DNA of 57,933 nt, the filler included, from Squatina squatina (Eukaryota), in NCBI GenBank assembly GCA_031763465.1. It is 4 parts of 3 records of this genome, joined end to end, with 100 filler letters (N's around TTAATTAATTAA, not from the genome) between each part and the next. Parts side by side here need not be neighbours in the genome. Positions count along the whole stretch, not along the records: positions 42,324 to 57,933 come from JARFOE010000013.1; 3 more parts are not named here. One strand, written 5' to 3'. The notes below the pieces were generated by a model, which saw nothing but the letters and a program-made list of their open reading frames with translations, made no database searches and was not told the DNA's origin. This document shows positions 48,701 to 57,933 of this stretch, in pieces. How positions within the stretch are numbered: the stretch's first letter is position 1; the number at the start of each line of letters is the position of its first letter. A program made the translations under genes and the position numbers.

Positions 48701-49769
48701 TGTGGGAGAGGTTTGTTCAGTCAAAGGGTTTGATGGATGGATGTTCAAGCACAACAACCTGCATTTATTTAGCGCCTTTATTTAACAGGGGGAATGTCCC
48801 AAGGCACATCACAGAAGCACAAGCAGATAGCAAACAAAGTAAAAGGAAAATGCTTGTGTTTTTAATGTATCGCATCGAATAAACCCATCACTTAGCACAG
48901 CGTCTAACCTTTTAGCCTTAGTGTTCCAGCTGAGAGAGATTATTCCAATGTTTTAAGCCCACTATTATCTTGTCATTGTTAGCAAGCTGCTCAAGCCTTC
49001 ACAGATGTTCTTCATAACACTGCAATGTTTGCTAATAATATTTAGAAACTGATTTAGATTTCTACAGCTTCANNNNNNNNNNNNNNNNNNNNNNNNNNNN
49101 NNNNNNNNNNNNNNNNNNNNNNNNNNNNNNNNNNNNNNNNNNNNNNNNNNNNNNNNNNNNNNNNNNNNNNNNGTAATTGTGTACCAGTAGTACTATAATG
49201 CAACATCAAGAGGCCCAGTTAACAAATGGGAGGTTTAGGATAAAGGAAATAGACTCTGTACAAGGGCCATTGGCTGCAGCACAGAATCATTTCCCAGTAG
49301 TATACTCCAGGCAGCCTGCGCTGCAATGAATGCTCACTATTTCACAGCATGACCTTGTAATGCTAATTATATTACAAAAGATCAATATACCCGTGCTGGA
49401 ACTGGGTGACAATAACAAACCAACTTCCAAGTGACGTCAGTGCACGGTTTCAAATAATTTACCAGCGCACATTGTTAAATCACTTTAAGTAGCTGGAAGC
49501 TCAATATTGTTGCCTTTAATAGGCTGTTTTTTTCTTAATTTTGTGCTAAAGTGTTAAGTTTAATGTGAAATAAATGACATCATAAGGCAAATCAGGACTA
49601 ATTTAAAAAAAATTGAGAAACCGGCGAGAGAGGCAAGTCCCAAAATGTAGGATAACAAAGTGGCAAAGAGTAGGAGAGATGAGGTTGTGACAAGGAGACA
49701 CCAAGCATGATGTATACTATTCTTGAGAACTGGCGATTAATCACTTAAGTTGATTTAAGAAAGAATAAC

Positions 49770-50330
49770 TTTTAGTAATAGGAGTCGGCCATTCAGCCCT
49801 CGAGTCTTTTGCATCATTCAATTAGAACAGGGCTAATCTGTACCTCAACTCCTGATACCCTTATCTGAGAAAAATCTATAGATCTCCACTTTATTTTTAA
49901 AATAGTGCCCCCTTGTTCTGGACTACTCCACAATAATAAATAGCTTCACTGTATCTATTCGATTGAATTCATATTTTAAAAGCCTCAATCAGATCGCCCA
50001 CTGATTTTCTAAATTCAATGCAATGCAAATTTATCCAGCTTGCCCTCATAATTTAACCCTTCTAAGCCCTGGCCTCACTCTGGTGAATTTGTGTTGTACC
50101 CCATCCAAGGCCAATAAATCCTTCCTGAAGTGTGGTGCCCAGAACAGAGCCTGGTACTGCAGGTGGGGTCTGACCAAGGCTCTGTGAAACTGAAGCATCA
50201 CTTCCTTCCCTTTTGTATTCCAACCCCTCTGAGATAAAGACCAGAATTCCGTTAGCGTTTTTGTACCTGTGCACTAGATTTTAGTTATTTTTATGCCTGG
50301 ACATCCAAATCCCTTTGCTACTCCATAGTT
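49770..50330 (-). mobile_element. Decayed CR1 LINE 3' region
   Basis: Minus strand ANGILVFISEGLEYK...; terminus aggagtcggccattcagccctcgag. Confidence 0.7.
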
Positions 50331-51144
50331 CCTAAGGGGTGTTAATGGGGCGCAAACGATCTTTTGCCCGTGCGCCACTGACTCCTGTGAAACTCTGCGG
50401 GAGTTTAGTAGCGGCACTAGCTGGTAGTGCCCTGCTCCGACCCATAACGCCCTGGGCCGCTGNNNNNNNNNNNNNNNNNNNNNNNNNNNNNNNNNNNNNN
50501 NNNNNNNNNNNNNNNNNNNNNNNNNNNNNNNNNNNNNNNNNNNNNNNNNNNNNNNNNNNNNNTAACATTAGCTTTACTCTGTCATTGTACATAACACTGT
50601 TAAAGTCTGTTAACTTAACAGGAAATTAAACACAGTAGAAAGATATTTAAGCTAAAAGTCAATAGGTGTAATAATTACATATTATACAGCAGGGCAGCCA
50701 AGGCCTTGTGCTTTCAATTTATATATCTAAAATCTTGACAGGTACATCACAGTTTTTTAAGTATGTTCATTGTATTTACTGTTTGAAATTCTTTTTTTTT
50801 AATATAATACACAATATGACAAGAAAATGCCATTAAATTTTGATGCAAAAAATGCTTGCATATCAAGCAATCAACACTAAACTGAAGTTACTTGTTTTTT
50901 TTTATATATTTATATATATATTTATATATATATATATTTGCCCATTACTGTCTTTGATAAGAGTTTCTGGACTACGGTTACTGTGTTCGCTAACGTGTTT
51001 TCTCACCGCAGTGAGACAACACGACGCTGACTGCATCACATGGTTTAAAACAATATCTCTCTGAGAACAAGGTATCTGTACTGTAATAAGGTTTCAAAAG
51101 AAACCAATCTGTTTTAAAATTAAAAAAAAAGGTCACTCCTCAGG

Positions 51145-51339
51145 TCAGACTTCAGTCTGAAGGTCAATGATGTCCTGTCCACCGAGTGGTATTGTCGCTC
51201 CCGTTTTCTCCCATTCCACCGTTCTCATTTCTAAGGGAGACTGTAGGGTGGGATCCAGTTCCTTTTTTATCCATGCGGGCGGAGACTGCATCTTTCGGAT
51301 TCCTTCCCAAGGCCGCTTGATTGGAGTCTGTTTCTCTTG
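51145..51339 (-). CDS. ADGRB1: ADGRB1/BAI1-like adhesion GPCR, terminal coding exon
   Basis: Acceptor ttccaacag|; [16 protein letters not shown]...[23 protein letters not shown]; BAI1-type ending with the QTEV PDZ-binding motif. Confidence 0.88.
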   Translation of the reverse strand, partial: QEKQTPIKRPWEGIRKMQSPPAWIKKELDPTLQSPLEMRTVEWEKTGATIPLGGQDIIDLQTEV

Positions 51340-53213
51340 CTGTTGGAACAATGAGCAGCTTATTAAATACAGTGAAGTCCTGGCAAACCCAAGTCCAGAA
51401 TCCCAATCAAAGTGCGTCCCGTTCATTCTGATCACATAACGCCAGTGCATACTGGGACTGAGATAATGCAGAAAATTCTGCAAGTATGCAGTAGGCCGAT
51501 TCGCATCTGAAGGAGAAAGATTGTTCTTTCAGCTGGGAAGCTTCATAAAACGGAGTGCTATCTCTCCATTTAAAGCTGCTTTTGCNNNNNNNNNNNNNNN
51601 NNNNNNNNNNNNNNNNNNNNNNNNNNNNNNNNNNNNNNNNNNNNNNNNNNNNNNNNNNNNNNNNNNNNNNNNNNNNNNNNNNNNNNNNNNNNNNNNNNNN
51701 NNNNNNNNNNNNNNNNNNNNNNNNNNNNNNNNNNNNNNNNNNNNNNNNNNNNNNNNNNNNNNNNNNNNNNNNNNNNNNNNNNNNNNNNNNNNNNNNNNNN
51801 NNNNNNNNNNNNNNNNNNNNNNNNNNNNNNNNNNNNNNNNNNNNNNNNNNNNNNNNNNNNNNNNNNNNNNNNNNNNNNNNNNNNNNNNNNNNNNNNNNNN
51901 NNNNNNNNNNNNNNNNNNNNNNNNNNNNNNNNNNNNNNNNNNNNNNNNNNNNNNNNNNNNNNNNNNNNNNNNNNNNNNNNNNNNNNNNNNNNNNNNNNNN
52001 NNNNNNNNNNNNNNNNNNNNNNNNNNNNNNNNNNNNNNNNNNNNNNNNNNNNNNNNNNNNNNNNNNNNNNNNNNNNNNNNNNNNNNNNNNNNNNNNNNNN
52101 NNNNNNNNNNNNNNNNNNNNNNNNNNNNNNNNNNNNNNNNNNNNNNNNNNNNNNNNNNNNNNNNNNNTAACATGTTAATGCCTGTCATGCTTGGTATGGG
52201 GACTGTGTTCTAGGATGTTGTAGAACAGTGTGGCTTTTAGATAGAGATAATCCAATACTCTGGGGAATACCATTGTTCTTAGTGATGCGAGGACCTTCAA
52301 AATGTCCTTTGTCAAATGTAATTGGCCAGGCTTGATTAATTGAGCTGTGAGTGCGGATAAATATTTTTGAGTTTTGACCTATTCTCTTTTGGGGTTGGGC
52401 AGTAATTTTTCACTATATTCCTTCAGATGATTAAATAAATTGGGTAGACCGTAACAACGTTTCTGTGCGATTGACAAAAAAAGGTGAAGAAAAACCGGCA
52501 AGCACAAAGCTCAAGTGATTACAGAAGTCAAGTGTAGACTTCAAAGAGGGTCTCGTAAACAAACATAAGTGAAGGTTAGCCATCTGCCACGACCTCTGTC
52601 AGGTGCATCTATCCATACAAGCTGTTTTCTCTGTATTTAGTCCTTGGCACGTAGAGTGTATTGCTGTGAAATCATCAAGTTCCAGGACTCCCATTGAGAA
52701 CTCTCTGCAGTTACCAAGCACTGAGCGAGAGGCAACCTGAATACAGTGAACTGTTAATAATTCAGTTAGAAAGCACCGTACTTACGCTGAAAGTGGTTTT
52801 ATCACTTCCTGCTGATGAAACACTCCATCGTTTGACTGCCTATTAATAAAAAGAAATTGTTTTGTATTTAAAAGGCAAAATTCACAACTGTTAATAAAAG
52901 CCCTTTACTGTCTAGTATACTTTAAAATAACCATTTCACATAAAGTAACTTTTCAGAAGCTTGAAGAGTTTTTTGTATTTATTTTAGTAATGTTTTCAAA
53001 ATACTTCGATGTTTTAGATTGTTTCTACTATTTATCCAATAGTTCATTATAATTCAAATCACTGTCAATAGTCATATATATTACTCTCATGTTCTTTAAT
53101 TATGTTCCAGTTTNNNNNNNNNNNNNNNNNNNNNNNNNNNNNNNNNNNNNNNNNNNNNNNNNNNNNNNNNNNNNNNNNNNNNNNNNNNNNNNNNNNNNNN
53201 NNNNNNNNNNNNN

Positions 53214-53840
53214 ATAGTGTAGAAACTGTCTCGCTTTTGGACACCATCCCTGAGTTCCCTGAATCACCCGTGTCGCACAGGTTATTGGGGAGCTGCGTTT
53301 CATTTGCAGAACTCGGTGTCTGGTGGCCAGGAGAAGCCCTTTCATTGCAAGTAATATTAATGTGATCCATCGGTGAGTTTTTTGCACAAAACCCACTGTC
53401 TGCATTGAGATGAATAAGTCTAGTCTGGGGCAGTTGACTAATGTTAATATTATATTTGCTATCGTCTTTTGGTTTGGCCCTCAGGGTTGAGGTGTTGGTG
53501 GGCAAGATAACATAGTTAGTATCTATCACTTGTTCCTGTGCTCGTGCTAGTTCCGAGTCTAACTGCTTGAAAATGTCACCGTCACATATATATATTGATT
53601 TCGGCTGTTCACTCTTATTTATTTTCAAGGTGTGGTCGCTAAACTCGTTCATGTTTAACGACCCTGGATAGTTCAGCGACCCCTGGAGATGCATTTTCGA
53701 CACATTTGCTGGAAGACTTGAGAAGCCAGACAACTTTTGATGGTTGAATTTCATTTTCATGTCATCGTCGTGGACCATTGAGCGTTTCAGAGTTCCCGTG
53801 AGTGTTCCTGTTCGGACGGCGTTGATATCTTTATTTAAAA
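53214..53840 (-). CDS. ADGRB1: ADGRB1-like large cytoplasmic-tail exon (3' end in a gap)
   Basis: Acceptor ttgcag|; VLNKDINAVRTGTLTGTLKR...SLPANVSKMHL...DGDIFKQLDSELARAQE...YVILPT...LPQTRLIHL...SKSETVSTL. Confidence 0.88.
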
Positions 53841-55026
53841 CTGCAACATTGAGAAATAATAACTGTTATATTTTGTTAACAGAGGAAAAAAAAGCTGCAC
53901 ATCATTAGACAATGTTTCTGGATGGTTCTGTGAGCGCTTAATGGCTATCAACATGTTGCAAAGCACTACATGAACAGGAAATCACTCACAGGACCACCAG
54001 ATGTGCACAGCTGTTTTACTGAACTTCATACAGGGCTCTATTTATAGAAGTGGGAATTTGCTTGGTACGGTCCCTGGATGACCGGGTTTGTTTGCTTTGT
54101 GTTCACACACTGTAATAAAACACTAATATTATGGTAATAAACCTATTCAAACATAGGAATAGTTTTATTGCTATAATATTAACAATAAATCAGTAAATTA
54201 AATATTTTAATACAATTTGAGAGAGATTATATATATATATATATAAACAAAATCAATAATTTATTTGGCCTTATTCTATTTTCCTCATTCTCACTGCTTT
54301 CCCAATTTCTATTATTTTATCTGAACTTAGTTTTTATACCATCTTTAGCCTGTCAGAACCTGAATAAGCAAATTCATCTATAAGCACGTGGAGGGTTAAT
54401 CTTCCTGTTGTACCAACATCTAAAATATCTCAAGTACTCAATTTTTTTTTAAAATCCTGAAATAACACGATAGTACTGATTTTGCATCACGCTTTTCACC
54501 CAGAGAACCCTCTGCACATTCATGGAAAAATGCACAAGATTTTTCTTTCCCCCAATTAACACACATTGCTCTGCATCACCTGTTCTTTTATGTTTTCCTT
54601 TCTGAGTCCGCTATTCTAAAGAAAACATTCTCCGAAATGTGATTTTTAAAAAAATAAAGTATAATATTTAGGTGTTGTTAACCCAGCTCTTTGTGACGAT
54701 CCCACAGTACACATTGGCACTAAATTGGCAATTTCACACAGAGAGGATATAAAGTTGGCTGGTGTCATTGATGGAAATGTCATATTAGCGTAGTTGCGGG
54801 GATGCTGTACTGTGGCTGGGATTAAAGGCATGTTATTGGTGCAGAGTAGAGGGAGTTTTATTCCGTATCTAGCCCATGCTATTCCTAACCTGGGAATGCT
54901 TGATCCTGACACTGCTTTCTCAANNNNNNNNNNNNNNNNNNNNNNNNNNNNNNNNNNNNNNNNNNNNNNNNNNNNNNNNNNNNNNNNNNNNNNNNNNNNN
55001 NNNNNNNNNNNNNNNNNNNNNNNTAC

Positions 55027-55198
55027 CTCTCTTCTCAAAATGCAGTGGACCATTACAATGACAAAGCCTTCCAAAGAGTCAAAGACAGCAAAGAGGATCT
55101 GAAAGAGGGCTGATCTTCGATCTGTGATGGCCAACACTGCAGACATCCAGGTCAGTGCTAAAAGCGGTAGAACAACACAAGAACTCCAAAGTGATGCC
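55027..55198 (-). CDS. ADGRB1: ADGRB1-like TM6-TM7 exon
   Basis: aacag|g [57 protein letters not shown]|gta; near-identical to recalled BAI1. Confidence 0.92.
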
Positions 55199-56059
55199 CT
55201 GTTAAGGAAAAAAAAAGATGTTAGGGAGGAAATGTGAATTGGCTTCTGTAAGTACCAGATCAATGATACGATTCATAAAAAGACTCTGTTTAACACATAA
55301 TCTAGATATAATAAAGCAGAAGTGCCAAACAATCATTATCACAATGTAATTCAAATCCCCAATATAGTTAGGTATTACTGAGGATCAGGCGATTTCCTAT
55401 GTATAAGAGGAGTGAAAAAGCCACTCTTAGTCACTCAGACTTGCAACAAGTATCATTAGTTTCATTTCAGCTAACAGGAACAGCTTTACAGTTCTTCTTA
55501 GAAAAAGTTCCGTTTCAATAAATGGATCTTCAGTGAGAATGCTCATTTTTTCCATGACTGTATATATTTTCATGCAATATTCTGCACTCTACACTGAACA
55601 TACTAATGACTATCACAATAACTGGTCCAATAACATCTACAGCTTCATAAAGCAGCTTAATCATCTTGCAATCAATACACTTGAAAATATATTTTGGAGT
55701 AACTGGACAATATGTCATTACCAGCAGTGAGGCGTGATACATATAATGAAAAGGACATGGGAAGAGATTTGATCCATCAAATCCATTCCTTCCATGTGCA
55801 ACTAGCTCAGTTGCAAACTTAGTTAATCTCCTGAGGAAATGCTCCATGAAGATTTTCCCTGCTCCTTCCTAAAGTGATCAAATGAAATTTCAACATATCT
55901 ATGTAACTCTCATTATTCTGTTCCACCCAAGCACTTTCTATAGAAAGATGTGTGTATTTTTGGTCATAGTTGAAGTAATCTGTACAGTTCTAGGTACCCC
56001 ATCATAGGAAGGATATAAAGGCAATGAAAAAGTTGCAGTATAGATTCACTGGGATGTTA

Positions 56060-56233
56060 CAATTACATAAACAAGCCATTCAGCCCAACTAGGCTATGCT
56101 GGTGTTTATGCTCCACATGAGCCTCCTCCTACCCGACTTCATCTAATCCTGTCAACATATCCTTCTATTCCATTCTCTTTCATGTGGTTCACCAGCTTCC
56201 CCTTAAACACATCTATGCTATTCACCTCAACCC
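56060..56233 (-). mobile_element. CR1-type LINE 3'UTR
   Basis: gccattcagccca...gtgtttatgctccac...ccagcttccccttaaa; reverse complement of the 3062-3222 family. Confidence 0.6.
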
Positions 56234-57474
56234 NNNNNNNNNNNNNNNNNNNNNNNNNNNNNNNNNNNNNNNNNNNNNNNNNNNNNNNNNNNNNNNNNNN
56301 NNNNNNNNNNNNNNNNNNNNNNNNNNNNNNNNNCCGCGTTCCGGATGGCCGGCGGCCCTCCCCTTTAAGGGAGGCCTCGCTGTGCTGCTGACATCAGCGC
56401 ACACACTGACACGGCGTTTTGGACACCGATGACGTGGCGCTGAAGTCACACCACCGGCATCCGAGCCTTGCCGCCCCAAGTGTGTCCGGGTGAGCGCTAC
56501 GCCCCGCAGGCGCTCCAGAGCACTGAATTCTGGGAGGGGTGGGGCCAGCACCGACCGGTACGCAGTTTAAACGCGTCGGAACTCAATTTCGGCCCCTTAG
56601 TGCCTCATTTCGCTCTCTGTCAATTTTTGTCTGATTGCACTCCTGGGAAGCACCATGGGACATTATCCTACCTTATAGAAGCTATAGAAATGCAAGTTGC
56701 TCTTGTATATTTTATAGGAACTGCGACTGCCTGAACTAACGCTCCAGCAATGGAGTTTCTTTTTGTTTTCCAATTAGTAGCCAGTAGTACAGCTTCCCAC
56801 TAATCAAATCTGGTAGCCTATATCAAAAGTCCATGGCTCACAGTATGTAAGTAAGCTGGGTGTGGAGTGGAATTTTACTGGCACAGTCATCCAATAGTGT
56901 TTAGAAGCATGCAATGCAATAATTTGGAATGTGCAATGCAATGATGCCATTTGAATTGACAAGAGTTGATAGCACTGCACTGCATGGGTTAGTATTGTGA
57001 AGAGCCTCTCTCTTTTAAATAACTATTGTCCACTTTTTTAAAATTGTAACGTCTGCATTTTATATACATATTTCAAAAAGTACATTTCAAACCACTTCTG
57101 CTGTGAGCAAAGCTAAAGTTTCATCACTGCATGGTAGTGAGCCCATCTGACTCAATCTCAATTTGGAGATCAGAACAGAAATTTGTGATTGCCTCCACAA
57201 TGGGAAGAAAAATAGCTAGCGAGCTGGATTTGTGACTTTTTTGGTAGCTCAATGCTATGAGGCTATGGTAAACTTAAACCCGTTAAAGTGTGACATCAGC
57301 AATTCAGAAGCCACACTCCTGTTAAAACACAACTACAATTTCATTTTCCGCACAAGATGAAATTTTTTAAATTTTAAAAAATTAACAACCCATGCATGTA
57401 AACCTACGATCAACTGTTGGTATGGCCTTCAGAAGACAAAAATAAAAACAAGTATTGAAATTACAAGAACTAAC

Positions 57475-57573
57475 ATGGCGTTACTGGTGACTGTAGCCGA
57501 TACTTCAGCTGAAGATATAACTCCACACTTGGAACATTTGAGCGTCATACCGTAAAGGGGAACTGTCATCTGA
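57475..57573 (-). CDS. ADGRB1: ADGRB1-like 99-nt third-intracellular-loop exon
   Basis: aattgcag|t QMTVPLYGMTLKCSKCGVISSAEVSATVTSNA at|gttagt; phase 2-2; splices in frame to 55198 (at|g = Met); resembles BAI3 [20 protein letters not shown]...SNAM. Not in the ORF track. Confidence 0.88.
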
Positions 57574-57933
57574 CTGCAATTAAAATTAAAAGACTGAAAC
57601 AAAAATTGAACTTTAACACAAAAATCAGAGACAAATAATATTCATCCAGAAAATAAAACTTGGTAAGATTGTTCATTTTGTCAATTATTTAAAAAAAAAA
57701 CAAGTAAAGAAATCCAATTAAAATGACAAGCAATATCCCATATTTCCTTGAAGGGAAGCAAGGTTTCATTGGCGGGTAATGAAGTTCTGAAGTAAAACCA
57801 TTCCCAATATTCAATTTCATATATTTCTGATATAATTGTTGACATTTCTTTTTTTTCCAGTTTGTAACTTGGTATGTTATGTAAATACATTTAAAAGTAA
57901 ATTCCCACTTAAGTATGTCAACGTTCCTTTTAA

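Noticed and set aside
52811-52825. ctgatgaaac as another hammerhead
   Set aside because: No stem II between CUGAUGA and GAAA and no Penelope repeat context.

Overview
Gap-rich draft genomic DNA from a eukaryote, most likely a cartilaginous fish (shark); this is inferred from the repeat content (CR1/L2-type LINEs, Deu-domain SINEs, Penelope and Harbinger remnants) and from vertebrate-type genes. The window is four pieces joined by artificial 100-nt spacers (N44-TTAATTAATTAA-N44 at 12862, 26462 and 42224), so neighbourhoods across spacers may not be real. Piece 1 (1-12861) contains only repeats and non-coding DNA. Piece 2 has a complete two-exon BTG2 with promoter and 3'UTR, convergent with the large coding exon of fibromodulin (FMOD). 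Piece 3 has a two-exon TCF21/musculin-family bHLH gene with mixed paralogue signatures; its bHLH core lies in a gap. Piece 4 has four 3' exons of an ADGRB1/BAI1-like adhesion GPCR and an uninterrupted BEL/Pao gag-protease fragment. The best leads are the TCF21/MSC-intermediate gene, degenerate minimal hammerhead-ribozyme motifs in Penelope-type repeats, and the intact BEL gag-pro ORF. I see no CRISPR array, rRNA, tRNA or clearly new multi-gene system. All homology calls come from recalled sequences, not database searches.
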